Shown here one piece after another: positions 42,477 to 51,955 of a stretch of 64,000 nucleotides of DNA. The stretch comes from a virus. Position 1 is the stretch's first letter, and each line of letters starts with the position of its first letter. The notes beneath the pieces were generated by a model. It had not been told where the DNA came from. It ran no database searches and saw only the letters and a program-made list of their open reading frames with translations. The position numbers and the translations under genes are program-made. The stretch is taken from IMG/VR virus record IMGVR_UViG_3300029712_000001; one strand, given 5' to 3'.

Positions 42477-43492
42477 TGGTCCCGGAAACACATTTGCTAT
42501 ATAAGGAGTTTAATGGTGTGAAACGTCTTGCCATATCTTATTCCCAGATAGATACGTTTCTTACTTGTCCAATGAAATGGTATAAGACTTACGTAGAGGG
42601 TAAAAGGTCTACAGAAAAACAAGAAGCTACATCTTATGGTACGGTTATCCATAAAACACTGGAATACTTCTTTAAGAACGGAAGACAGCCTTCTGGTAAA
42701 GACCTTGGAGAAGCGATAAGTTACTATTCCTATCAAGAAGACATACCTTGGCAATCACCGGAAAATATGATGATAGCCATGAAACAATCTGGGGAGCTTC
42801 TTGCTTGGATTGTGGATCTGTTCAAAAAAGACGGCAATAGGTTTATGATAGCTGATAGTGATCTTAATCCCTGTGAGAAACTTATCAGACACGGCGCTAT
42901 AATTGGAGTCGAAGAAGATTTTGTGCTGCCGTATCGTCTTCCTAAGCCTGTTGATATAAATGGTGACGTTCATACACATGTGTACATAGTAGGATCGGTA
43001 GATCTTCATCTGGCTATAAAGAGCAAGAACGTAGTTCACCATTATGTCATAGATTGGAAATCAGGTAATAAGGTTTTTGATTCTAAGAAGTTGGAAACGA
43101 ATTTACAGCATCCTATATATTCGTTTTACATCTATAGAAAATATGGTGGGGTTCTACCAGATATGAACATCTATTTCTTTACCAGAACCAGGCAGTACCA
43201 AAAGGTTAAGATAGATGAAGAGCGTAAAACAAAATCTATAGAAATGCTAAATGACACTTTGTCTAAAATGTATGATTTTGAAGATAATAGTGTAAAAACA
43301 TTTCAAGCGTACATCCAGGGAGCAGAAGAAGCCAGGTATAGCAAGCGGCGCGCCACCCTAAGCCAGCCTGTTTCGCAAAACAAGCTACCCTGCCCGTCGG
43401 CGCTGTGTTATTATTGTGACTTTGGATTACATAACAAAAACGAATGCCCTTTCTCTTCAGATTGGGATCCGTCTAAAAAGATAAAACGATGA
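42473..43492 (+). CDS. Cas4-like PD-(D/E)XK exonuclease with Cys cluster (339 aa)
   Basis: LTCPMKWY (N-terminal Cys), GTVIHKTLEYF, GSVDLHL, VIDWKSG and LQHPIYSFYIY. C-terminal CPSALCYYC......C. Confidence 0.7.
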   Translation: MMVPETHLLYKEFNGVKRLAISYSQIDTFLTCPMKWYKTYVEGKRSTEKQEATSYGTVIHKTLEYFFKNGRQPSGKDLGEAISYYSYQEDIPWQSPENMMIAMKQSGELLAWIVDLFKKDGNRFMIADSDLNPCEKLIRHGAIIGVEEDFVLPYRLPKPVDINGDVHTHVYIVGSVDLHLAIKSKNVVHHYVIDWKSGNKVFDSKKLETNLQHPIYSFYIYRKYGGVLPDMNIYFFTRTRQYQKVKIDEERKTKSIEMLNDTLSKMYDFEDNSVKTFQAYIQGAEEARYSKRRATLSQPVSQNKLPCPSALCYYCDFGLHNKNECPFSSDWDPSKKIKR

Positions 43493-43659
43493 AATACGAG
43501 GATGTTCAAAAGTTAAGAACGAAATACCGGCAAGATCCGGAAGTTATAAACGTAGAATACATGAGAGACGTTGCTGTAAGATGCGGGAATTTCAAGAAAG
43601 CGTTTGAGCTTCAGGAGAAGCTGGAGGATATATGGTTCAACTATTTAAAAGGAGTGTAA
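43489..43659 (+). CDS. Hypothetical small protein (56 aa), below the ORF-track cutoff
   Basis: ATGA overlap upstream and TAATG overlap downstream. Hand translation MKYEDVQKLRTKYRQDPEV.... Confidence 0.5.
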   Translation: MKYEDVQKLRTKYRQDPEVINVEYMRDVAVRCGNFKKAFELQEKLEDIWFNYLKGV

Positions 43660-43982
43660 TGAAAGAAGATCTAATATGTGGAGTAGCGATCCTTTTGTAT
43701 TTAGTTTTATTATACTTACTCACGACAGCTTTCATAAAAACAGGTAGAGCAGTAGAGCGTTATAAGATGAAGAAGAAAACTGACAAAATCAAAGTAGGTC
43801 AAAGATACGAACATAAGAGCTACTTTGAGGATCCATTTGAAAGAGGCAAGCATGTGATTAAGATATTAGACATAAAAGAAGGGTACGCTCTATATGAGTA
43901 CGAAGAAAAACTATATATACGTTCTTCTGTGAGTCTTGAAGATATTGCTAAAATATATGTTTTAATTACTGATATAAAATAA
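43659..43982 (+). CDS. Membrane-anchored hypothetical protein (107 aa)
   Basis: Internal ATG of the listed 43632 ORF. TM segment ICGVAILLYLVLLYLLTTAFI. Confidence 0.6.
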   Translation: MKEDLICGVAILLYLVLLYLLTTAFIKTGRAVERYKMKKKTDKIKVGQRYEHKSYFEDPFERGKHVIKILDIKEGYALYEYEEKLYIRSSVSLEDIAKIYVLITDIK

Positions 43983-43988
43983 GGGATT

Positions 43989-44375
43989 ATGGAAAAGAAA
44001 GTCACAATCAAAGAAGGAATGGATATTTTTTACAAAAATGCAGGGAAAGGTATATGGGTCTATATTGGACTTTTTGGAAATAAAGTGCTATCCATTTTAA
44101 AAAACAAAGGTGTTATTGCATGCGAAAACGATGCTGAATATTGCGTGTTGATGGATGGAGAAGATCATTTCATAAGTATAGCAAAAGACATGAGTCACGA
44201 CTATTGTTGTGAGTACGTTGTAGAAAGAGCAGAAGCCTACAGAGACTACCCCTCCAAAGGTGCTACATGCAGTGTATGCCTGTTTGAAGATAATGAGAAT
44301 AAGGCAAGGGAGATGTTGAAAGAGGCGATAATAGAACTTTCAAAAAATAATATAATAGATTGTGATGGGCTTTGA
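43989..44375 (+). CDS. Hypothetical protein (128 aa)
   Basis: ATG ORF. Confidence 0.7.
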   Translation: MEKKVTIKEGMDIFYKNAGKGIWVYIGLFGNKVLSILKNKGVIACENDAEYCVLMDGEDHFISIAKDMSHDYCCEYVVERAEAYRDYPSKGATCSVCLFEDNENKAREMLKEAIIELSKNNIIDCDGL

Positions 44376-45786
44376 ACTTAGACCTTACCAAAAAGAGGCA
44401 GTAGATGCCGGGCTTAAGTTTCTTACAGGAAGATCTAAGAAGCCTGGCATAATCGTAGCTCCATGCGGATGTGGAAAGAGCCTTCTGATATCCAAGATAG
44501 CACATGAAATAAATAGACCGACATTAGTATTACAGCCCTCAAAAGAGATTCTGGAGCAGAATTATGCGAAGGCCGTATCATTCGGTTCTGAACCTACTAT
44601 ATATTCTGCTTCATGTGGTATAAAGGAGCTGTCGGCTATGACTTATGCAACATTAAAGAGCATAAAGAAAGATGTAGCGAGGTTGAAGGATATAGGGATA
44701 GATACCTTATTGATAGATGAATGTCATTCAGGATATTCTCCTGAAGAAGGTTCTGAATTTATGGAGTTTATGAACGGGTTTCCAGAGGCGAAGGTGCTGG
44801 GCTTCACCGCCACTCCCTGCCGCCTCCGAACCTACAGTTCCATGCTGGAAGGAAACTATAGCAAGCTCAATATGCTGACGAAAGACGAGCATAATTTCTT
44901 CAAGAAAATAGTTCATGTGACTCAAATACAAGAACTAACCTCTCAAGGGTTTTGGTGTCCACTTAAGTACGAACGATGGTCGTTTGATGAATCGGCTCTG
45001 ATGTTAAACAGTACCGGAGCTGAATACACCAACGAATCTATTAAAGAAAGTATTGTAAGAAATGGCTTAAACAACTCTATCTACAAGCGCCTTCTTCAAC
45101 TTATGAACGAACGTAAAGCCATTTTGGTTTGCATGGATTCTATCGAATCATGTAATAGAATATCAGAGTTTATGAATGCCAAGATGGGAGCCATAACCGG
45201 TGTCGTAACATCGCTAACAACCAAAAAGAAAAGAGAACAAATTATATCAGATTTCAAAGAAGGTAAGTTGAAGGTGGTTTTTAATTATTCAACGCTTGCT
45301 ACCGGATTTGATTTTCCTGAACTTGATTGTGTGATGTTTGGTCGACCAACTTTCTCATATTCAACTTATTACCAAATATTAGGCCGCGCCGTCCGCATCC
45401 ATCCTGACAAGAAAGAGGCGCTGATAGTTGATTGCTGCGACAACATGAGACGCTTTGGTCGGATAGAAGACCTGACAATCGAGCAATTCCCTTCTAAGGG
45501 CTGGTGTATGTTTGCTGGCGATCAACTTCTGTCTAATATAAGGATGGGTGATATTATTACCAAAGACGAGATCCTTCGCCGGGCAGCCTCGCTTAAATCT
45601 GTGAATGGAGATGGTAGGAGAGAAGACGATCTTGACAGCATAATAATGTGGTTTGGAAAATATGAAGGAATTAGATTCAAGGACATACCGGTGTCGTATT
45701 TTAGGTTCTTGGCTGAGAATATGGCAGTAAAACCAGGAGACAGGAAAGAAAAGATTATCGAATATTATAATAGGATAAAGGCATGA
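44362..45786 (+). CDS. SF2 DEAD/DEAH-box (DECH) helicase, 474 aa
   Basis: Walker A APCGCGKS, LIDECH, GFTATP and QILGRAVR. C-terminal MWFGKYEGIRFKDIP tail (DUF3820-like). Confidence 0.85.
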   Translation: MMGFELRPYQKEAVDAGLKFLTGRSKKPGIIVAPCGCGKSLLISKIAHEINRPTLVLQPSKEILEQNYAKAVSFGSEPTIYSASCGIKELSAMTYATLKSIKKDVARLKDIGIDTLLIDECHSGYSPEEGSEFMEFMNGFPEAKVLGFTATPCRLRTYSSMLEGNYSKLNMLTKDEHNFFKKIVHVTQIQELTSQGFWCPLKYERWSFDESALMLNSTGAEYTNESIKESIVRNGLNNSIYKRLLQLMNERKAILVCMDSIESCNRISEFMNAKMGAITGVVTSLTTKKKREQIISDFKEGKLKVVFNYSTLATGFDFPELDCVMFGRPTFSYSTYYQILGRAVRIHPDKKEALIVDCCDNMRRFGRIEDLTIEQFPSKGWCMFAGDQLLSNIRMGDIITKDEILRRAASLKSVNGDGRREDDLDSIIMWFGKYEGIRFKDIPVSYFRFLAENMAVKPGDRKEKIIEYYNRIKA

Positions 45787-46139
45787 ACAACAAGAGAAGA
45801 AAAAAAATATCGGATGTTATTAACAACGTAAATAAGTATAAAACAGATTTTGAATACATCAAATCAAAGTTATCGGAGTTGAAGTACAACATAAATTCAG
45901 CCAAAGATGATGTTGATATGATTTTAGATGAAGAGACTGAGGCGAGAGATAATATACCAGAATCGTTACAAGACTCAGAAAGATATTGGGAATCAGATCA
46001 GGCTGTAACTGATATGGAGGAGGTGGTTGATGACATGGAAGGCATTATAAATGATATAGATGATGTGATTTCAACCATAGATGGGAGCATTAAAACCATA
46101 AATGGTTCTATAAAAGTAAATTTAGAAGGAATAATGTGA
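45783..46139 (+). CDS. Acidic coiled-coil protein (118 aa)
   Basis: ATGA overlap with the helicase gene. Confidence 0.7.
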   Translation: MNNKRRKKISDVINNVNKYKTDFEYIKSKLSELKYNINSAKDDVDMILDEETEARDNIPESLQDSERYWESDQAVTDMEEVVDDMEGIINDIDDVISTIDGSIKTINGSIKVNLEGIM

Positions 46140-46172
46140 GTCTATAAAAACACTATAAGTAAAATTTAACAC

Positions 46173-46238
46173 AATACGCTTGTATTAAAGTTACACAATC
46201 TATATTTTTACGTCGTGTAATTTTAATACAAGCGTATT
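46173..46238. terminator. 66-nt near-perfect palindrome (likely bidirectional terminator or operator)
   Basis: 17-nt arms at 46173-46189 and 46222-46238, with inner TTACAC/GTGTAA (46191-46196/46215-46220), then tttt. Confidence 0.6.
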
Positions 46239-46259
46239 TTATTAAATAATTTAAAAGTT

Positions 46260-46997
46260 ATGATTTCTAAAGACAGGTTATTGTATGGAGTGGTAATCAG
46301 ACAGGACATTAAAACTTCCTTTATGTCATTAACTGGATTACAAGAGGCATATACAAGAAAAAGAGTGGAGATGGGGTGGAATGATAAGAGAATAGAAAAT
46401 ATTCTTTCGAACAAGGAGAGTGCAGAAAGGATATTTTATATTCTTAAAAAACAGAAATACATAAAAAGTGAAACCTTGAAAGAGTTTATGGATATAGTGG
46501 AAAACAACTCTTTGATAAAAGTAATGAAGTGGTATAATGCCTATAAGACTACAGGAAGAGGAACAAACAGAAATGTTATGTGTGATCCCTACATATGGGT
46601 ATTAGTCGCTATAGAATTAAATCCTATGCTGTATGCAGAAGTTACTGGATGGTTAAATGATAAACTTATTTTGGATAGAATAGAGATAGGGGATAAATAC
46701 AATACTCTTTCAAGGTCTGTATCAAAATTTGAAGATGTTGATTATATAGAAATGGCTGATAAGTTAAACTGGATTGTATTCAATAAACATAAATATGTTT
46801 TAGATAACAGAGCAACTCAAGAGCAGTTAAAAGAACTTGAAATGCTTCAATCCAATCTTGCATTTTGTATAGAAATGGGAACCATATCTTCTTTTTCTGA
46901 TTTAATAAACATGATGGGGGCTATATATAAGAAAAAGTGGGGATCAGGAGCAGTATCTTCTAAAAATATAAAATCTTCAAATAATGGAAACAAATGA
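46260..46997 (+). CDS. KilA-N-like DNA-binding domain protein? (245 aa)
   Basis: The N-terminal VIRQDIKTSFMSLTGLQEAY...GWNDKRIENIL pattern is reminiscent of KilA-N. Weak call. Confidence 0.4.
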   Translation: MISKDRLLYGVVIRQDIKTSFMSLTGLQEAYTRKRVEMGWNDKRIENILSNKESAERIFYILKKQKYIKSETLKEFMDIVENNSLIKVMKWYNAYKTTGRGTNRNVMCDPYIWVLVAIELNPMLYAEVTGWLNDKLILDRIEIGDKYNTLSRSVSKFEDVDYIEMADKLNWIVFNKHKYVLDNRATQEQLKELEMLQSNLAFCIEMGTISSFSDLINMMGAIYKKKWGSGAVSSKNIKSSNNGNK

Positions 46998-47289
46998 ATT
47001 AAGGGAAATACTTAAATTGTATGGTCTTCAACATGATGTTGTTATCAACAAAAGTTCAAGAAGGTATTCTATTATCTTAGATAATAACATAATAGGAACC
47101 AATCACGACAAAGAGAGGGTGGTTGTGTTCCGTCCTATACCGGAAGGGAAAAACACATTCTGCATGGAGCGAGATAGGTTCTACACGGAGTTTGAAGAAG
47201 CTTTTGATGATGATAAAGCCATAGAAGCCGTAAGACAATATTTTGAAAACAATAAAACAGAAAGTCATGAACGAAAACGAAATATTTAG
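46984..47289 (+). CDS. Hypothetical protein (101 aa)
   Basis: ORF in the overlapping chain. Confidence 0.65.
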   Translation: METNELREILKLYGLQHDVVINKSSRRYSIILDNNIIGTNHDKERVVVFRPIPEGKNTFCMERDRFYTEFEEAFDDDKAIEAVRQYFENNKTESHERKRNI

Positions 47290-47608
47290 ATTAAAGGGCA
47301 GAATAGCCATATCCAACCTATCACGTGAGGACAAGGATATGATAAATAGCATCCTTGATGGTATCAATAAAAAGGATGAAGAAGAAAAAGGATATCTCTA
47401 TACCGTGAGAGTAAAACTAAACAACGGAAGGGTTGTGCATGCTACTTTATTTTTTAAAGACAAGAAAGGCCCTACATTTGAAGATTTAAAGAAGGAGCTT
47501 GATGACATGGGAGTTAAAAATGATAGTTATAGCAATAACGGCATAATTATCATTAACCGCATTGTCATGAGCGGAGAAGAATTTGACCGCTTTGCAAAAG
47601 AAAAATGA
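47267..47608 (+). CDS. Hypothetical protein (113 aa)
   Basis: First ATG of the listed 47243 ORF. Confidence 0.6.
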   Translation: MNENEIFRLKGRIAISNLSREDKDMINSILDGINKKDEEEKGYLYTVRVKLNNGRVVHATLFFKDKKGPTFEDLKKELDDMGVKNDSYSNNGIIIINRIVMSGEEFDRFAKEK

Positions 47609-47652
47609 TGGACTATATTATTATATCAAATAATTAAAACAACGATAAAACA

Positions 47653-48210
47653 ATGGAAAAGATGGACAATAATACTAAAAACATCCTTTATCCAAAAGGA
47701 TCTATTTTTCGCATGTTGGAAAGTGATGTAATCAGTTCCGAATTAGAAATAGCCAGAGGAGCTATAGTGGAGGCAGTATCAGACATAGAGGTAGATGATG
47801 AATATGCTGAGGTTTGTTGCAATGGAGAGACGTTTATCGTAGGAACGGACATTATGGGTATTATTCCTGTCAAAGTATCCAGAGAAAACAAATCGGTGAA
47901 AAATGACATCATTGATGATAAACTACGATGGGATTTGCTTCCAATGGAAGAGATTGAGGACATTGTAAAAGTCTATCATGCCGGAGCCAAAAAGTACGAT
48001 CCTAATACTTGGCAGAACCTTGACAACGGGTTTGAACGGTACCGTGCTGCGATGTTTCGACACCTGATGGAATACATGAAAGGGGAAAGAATAGACTCAG
48101 ATACAGGATGTTTTCATCTTGCACAATGTGCATGGAACTGTATAGCTATGCTGTGGTATGACAAGCATGGAAAAGGGTTGATACCATTAAACAAGGAGGA
48201 AAAGAAATGA
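47653..48210 (+). CDS. dATP/dGTP diphosphohydrolase N-terminal-like (DUF5664-type) domain protein (185 aa)
   Basis: RWDLLPMEEIEDIVKVYHAGAKKYDPNTWQN...YRAAMFRHLMEY...D..TG.FHLAQCAWN matches my memory of that family. Confidence 0.5.
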   Translation: MEKMDNNTKNILYPKGSIFRMLESDVISSELEIARGAIVEAVSDIEVDDEYAEVCCNGETFIVGTDIMGIIPVKVSRENKSVKNDIIDDKLRWDLLPMEEIEDIVKVYHAGAKKYDPNTWQNLDNGFERYRAAMFRHLMEYMKGERIDSDTGCFHLAQCAWNCIAMLWYDKHGKGLIPLNKEEKK

Positions 48211-48515
48211 CAATAGAACAACTAAATTATTTATTAAGAAACGAGCTTTATGCTATAAAAAATCATAAAGACAATATTGATAGAATCAAAAAAGAATATT
48301 TTGATTCCAATTATGGGTTAAAAGAAGGAGATAAGATCCGTATTTTACACGAAACAGGAGATGAAATGATAGGCTTCTTGAAAAAAGTTGAAGTATGTGA
48401 AGACGGAGATCTGTACTTGACAATCCAAAAACAAAACGAAAAAGGTGACAGAGGCAGAAGAACATGGAATATGTATCTATCATCAAAATCAATTAAAATT
48501 GAAAAATGTGTATAA
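48207..48515 (+). CDS. Hypothetical protein (102 aa)
   Basis: ATGA overlap upstream. Confidence 0.65.
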   Translation: MTIEQLNYLLRNELYAIKNHKDNIDRIKKEYFDSNYGLKEGDKIRILHETGDEMIGFLKKVEVCEDGDLYLTIQKQNEKGDRGRRTWNMYLSSKSIKIEKCV

Positions 48516-48519
48516 TGCC

Positions 48520-49695
48520 ATGAGAGTGTTAAGTTTATTTGACGGAATGTCATGTGGTCAAATAGCGTTAAAAGAAATAGGGATTACACCTGAAGTATAT
48601 TATGCATCAGAAATAGATAAGTTTGCTATTAAACAAACGCAATTAAATTTCCCTAATACGATACAAGTAGGAGATGTAAGGGATTTGAATGTAGAAGATC
48701 TTGGACACATAGATCTTATTTTAGCCGGCAGCCCATGTACGGATATGTCCTTTTCTGGAAAAAGAAAAGGGTTGTCTACCGTAGAAGGAATAGAAATCAA
48801 ATCACTTAATGAGTATCTTGAATTAAAAAAACAAGGATTTGAGTTTTCCGGTCAGTCTTACTTATTCTGGGAGTTTATCCGTATTTTGAATGATGTAAGA
48901 AAAACTAATCCCGATGTGTTGTTTCTTCTTGAGAACGTTAAGATGGGAAAGAAATGGGAGCCGGTATTTGATGATGCTATAGGGTGTAAAGGCAATCATA
49001 TTAATTCAGCACTTGTTTCCGCTCAAACCAGGAAACGTATTTATTGGACTAATATTCAAGGCGGCATTATCCCTCAGCCTAAAGACGAGGGTTTGACCAT
49101 AAGTGATATATCTGAATATGAAGTAGATGAAAAATATTACTTATCTGAAAAAGTTTTAAACAATTTAGCTTTTCACTTGAAAAGAAATCACGACAAGGGA
49201 AATTATTATGGAGCTAATATTAAAACAAAAGATGAAAAATCCAATACTGTTACCGTAAAGGGTAAATACATGTACGATCTTATTTGTATAGCAATGAGAG
49301 GCAGGAATCCAGAAAAACCTACATGTAGAGAATCTGGTCTTAAAACAGTTCAGATGATTGAATTTAAAAACGATGGAAAAACCAATTGTCTCACAACAGT
49401 TCAGAAAGATAATCTTATTTTCCAAATACCAAGAGGATTTAACAAAGGTGGATTTCATGAAGATAAGGCTCCAACATTATCTTGTAATTCATATGATAGA
49501 AACAATTTTATCATACAGAGAGCATTACATGGAGATTTCAGAATAAGAAGATTAACCCCTACAGAGTGCTCCAGGTTACAGACTGTACCAGATTGGTATA
49601 AATGGGAATGCAGCGAAACCCAACAGTACAAGATGTTGGGAAACGGATGGACTATTAAAGTGATTGAACATATACTTAAAAGAATAAAAGAATAA
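48520..49695 (+). CDS. dcm: DNA (cytosine-5)-methyltransferase (391 aa from ATG 48520)
   Basis: LFDGMSCG (motif I), GSPCTDMS (PC motif IV), ENV (VI), and RLQTVPDWY / GNGWT (IX-X). Confidence 0.9.
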   Translation: MRVLSLFDGMSCGQIALKEIGITPEVYYASEIDKFAIKQTQLNFPNTIQVGDVRDLNVEDLGHIDLILAGSPCTDMSFSGKRKGLSTVEGIEIKSLNEYLELKKQGFEFSGQSYLFWEFIRILNDVRKTNPDVLFLLENVKMGKKWEPVFDDAIGCKGNHINSALVSAQTRKRIYWTNIQGGIIPQPKDEGLTISDISEYEVDEKYYLSEKVLNNLAFHLKRNHDKGNYYGANIKTKDEKSNTVTVKGKYMYDLICIAMRGRNPEKPTCRESGLKTVQMIEFKNDGKTNCLTTVQKDNLIFQIPRGFNKGGFHEDKAPTLSCNSYDRNNFIIQRALHGDFRIRRLTPTECSRLQTVPDWYKWECSETQQYKMLGNGWTIKVIEHILKRIKE

Positions 49696-50237
49696 TGATT
49701 AGAACAAGATTTTACATTAAAAAATCCGACTGCGATAACGACTGCCGTCCAGTCAAATGGCCTATAAAATATCCATATTGGTGTAGTGGTGAATCCGATG
49801 ATTCATTCATACTTGTAGCGTATGCCGAAGACGAAGACAGCATAAAAGAGCTGTGGCCGGAAGCATACGATATTAATGTCTTAGAAAAAGATACTGAGGT
49901 TAAATTCACATTAAGATTTCCTAAGCCTAAATGGTATGAATTGCAAGAAGAGAGATTAGAAGAGTATGATAAATTATATGGTAAATTCGTATGGGTTACG
50001 GACATGTGTCTAAAAGATGGGAAAATAAGAAAGGTAAAAGCCAGAATAGAAGATTGTGGTGGTCTTTTATTAGCCGACACTCCTGGTCGTTACACCCCTT
50101 ATCAGATAGGGGATTGTGCTTTTGAAAGCAAGGAAGAGGCTTTAAAACATGCAGAGGAACAGAGAACGGATTTAATTAAGTCTCTTAGGTTACAAATACT
50201 CGAACTTGAAAATCTAAAATTCGAATACGATGATTAA
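49695..50237 (+). CDS. Hypothetical protein (180 aa)
   Basis: TAATG overlap with dcm. No nuclease motif recognised. Confidence 0.7.
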   Translation: MIRTRFYIKKSDCDNDCRPVKWPIKYPYWCSGESDDSFILVAYAEDEDSIKELWPEAYDINVLEKDTEVKFTLRFPKPKWYELQEERLEEYDKLYGKFVWVTDMCLKDGKIRKVKARIEDCGGLLLADTPGRYTPYQIGDCAFESKEEALKHAEEQRTDLIKSLRLQILELENLKFEYDD

Positions 50238-50943
50238 TTACGCGGCAAAAGCCAGAAAAGCTTATTTGATAAACAATTTCGATAAGATTCTTAACAGTCT
50301 CAACACGCTTCATTCAACGGTTGAGACCATGACGTTATTCGTAAACGACCAGGCTTATAATTACATTCTTAAGCTGAAGGAAGTAATTAAGGGTGGTCCT
50401 ATGTACAGACATAATGTCAAACGATTCTTGAATGACATGGACAAAGAGATAAAGAGGTACAATGCTTCTATCTACTACATAAATAAAGAGCGTAGTGAGG
50501 TTATAGCTGATATAACACAAGCGATGGAAGATTGCCTCATGCCATACATAGACGACCTGGCCGGCGCTATAAGGGCAGCCGTGTGGTCGAGGGGTGTGTC
50601 CGAGGAGCGGACGGAAGCGGCGGTACTGTCCCTAATCGTATCCTCCTTGGCCATGACATCAGGCAGACTTATTTCAGGTGGATATCAGATCATGAAAGAA
50701 ATGGGTGGTGGCTGGGGTGGTAATCCATTTACGTTTATGAGCATTGATAAGATAAGACACTTATCTACATCATTATCTGATGCTACTACCGGTGGGGAAA
50801 TAGCTCTTGAAGAAAAAGAAGCCAATGACATAACTAAGGCAATGGATATTTTTATTGAGAAAATGTCTGATTCGGATATTGTTGATAAGGTGATCAGCAT
50901 ACTTGAAGAGGCTGAATCTAAAAATAAGGAGGAGCGATCGTGA
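50230..50943 (+). CDS. Hypothetical protein (237 aa)
   Basis: ATG ORF. Contains GC island 50551-50655. Confidence 0.7.
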   Translation: MINYAAKARKAYLINNFDKILNSLNTLHSTVETMTLFVNDQAYNYILKLKEVIKGGPMYRHNVKRFLNDMDKEIKRYNASIYYINKERSEVIADITQAMEDCLMPYIDDLAGAIRAAVWSRGVSEERTEAAVLSLIVSSLAMTSGRLISGGYQIMKEMGGGWGGNPFTFMSIDKIRHLSTSLSDATTGGEIALEEKEANDITKAMDIFIEKMSDSDIVDKVISILEEAESKNKEERS

Positions 50944-51131
50944 ATTATTTGGATGGGTATGTAGAAGAAGTTCTTTCTGAGCCGTACTATGATGATTACG
51001 GATCTGGGATTTTTAGGTGGTGGGTGAAAGTATCTTACGTTTGCGAAGGCATAGGAGCTGTCACTACCTTAATGTTTGATACGAGAGAAGAAGCGGAGAC
51101 AGTAAAACCAGGTTACAAATTTTTATGCTGA
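50940..51131 (+). CDS. Hypothetical protein (63 aa)
   Basis: GTG start overlapping the previous stop. Confidence 0.5.
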   Translation: MNYLDGYVEEVLSEPYYDDYGSGIFRWWVKVSYVCEGIGAVTTLMFDTREEAETVKPGYKFLC

Positions 51132-51138
51132 AAATAAT

Positions 51139-51375
51139 ATGAAGTATTTTATTTTATTGATGGCACTTGTGTTATCATCATGTTCGCATGATGATAGTCA
51201 GGTTAATAACGGATGGGTTATATATAATCTACGTCCTTTAGAAGATGGATGTATAATGTATTATGGTGAAGACGAAAGAATTTCAATATTTTATAATAAT
51301 AGGCTTATAAAATTCGTTGGATACCAAGGGGAATACAATATAGGAGATTCTATTAAAATCGTAAAAGTGAAATAA
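51139..51375 (+). CDS. Small lipoprotein (78 aa)
   Basis: MKYFILLMALVLSSC is a signal peptide with lipobox LSSC. Confidence 0.75.
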   Translation: MKYFILLMALVLSSCSHDDSQVNNGWVIYNLRPLEDGCIMYYGEDERISIFYNNRLIKFVGYQGEYNIGDSIKIVKVK

Positions 51376-51376
51376 T

Positions 51377-51865
51377 ATGAAAAATAATTTAAAACTCGTA
51401 TGTCCAAAATGTGGCACCCCTCACCAGCCTCATTCTCCGCACACGATGGATGCAGATGGATTTGAAAGGTGTGAGATAAGAACGGTCATGGAAGACAGGG
51501 GATGGTGCTACGAATGCTCTTTTTGGCAAAATATGTACGACAAACACAAAGACGATCCGGGATGGGTTAGGATAGACGGTGAAAGCTGGGTGCTTAAGCC
51601 TATGGTGGAAAACGTACCGAGCGGATGGAACAGCCTTGGATGTGGTGGAAGAAAAATGTATATCAATATCGAAGGGAAAGGCATTGTTGTATCAAATAAC
51701 TGCTGGTGCCAAGGTGATGTTTCGGACGCATTCAAGGATCTGATGCCTGATAATGCTACTTGGGCTACGAAGGAGGAATTTGACAAAGCTCCTGTAGTAG
51801 GACATATCATAGAAGGTATTGGTTTAGTTTTCACAGATAGGGAAGGTCATGAAGTTAATGCTTAG
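51377..51865 (+). CDS. Cys-rich hypothetical protein (162 aa)
   Basis: CPKCG...C...C motifs. Last gene of the rightward block. Confidence 0.7.
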   Translation: MKNNLKLVCPKCGTPHQPHSPHTMDADGFERCEIRTVMEDRGWCYECSFWQNMYDKHKDDPGWVRIDGESWVLKPMVENVPSGWNSLGCGGRKMYINIEGKGIVVSNNCWCQGDVSDAFKDLMPDNATWATKEEFDKAPVVGHIIEGIGLVFTDREGHEVNA

Positions 51866-51908
51866 AAACTTATTTCATGTTCTGCTTATATAAGAAAAGA
51901 TGGTAACT

Positions 51909-51955
51909 ACAACAATCCCCAACCATACAATAGGCGTACGGTTGGGGATTGTTGT
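51909..51955. terminator. Bidirectional terminator at the convergence point
   Basis: 16-bp perfect stem ACAACAATCCCCAACC (51909-51924) / GGTTGGGGATTGTTGT (51940-51955). Confidence 0.8.

Noticed and set aside
49695-50237. Restriction endonuclease partner of the methyltransferase
   Set aside because: No PD-(D/E)XK, HNH or GIY-YIG motif is recognisable in the 180-aa neighbour.
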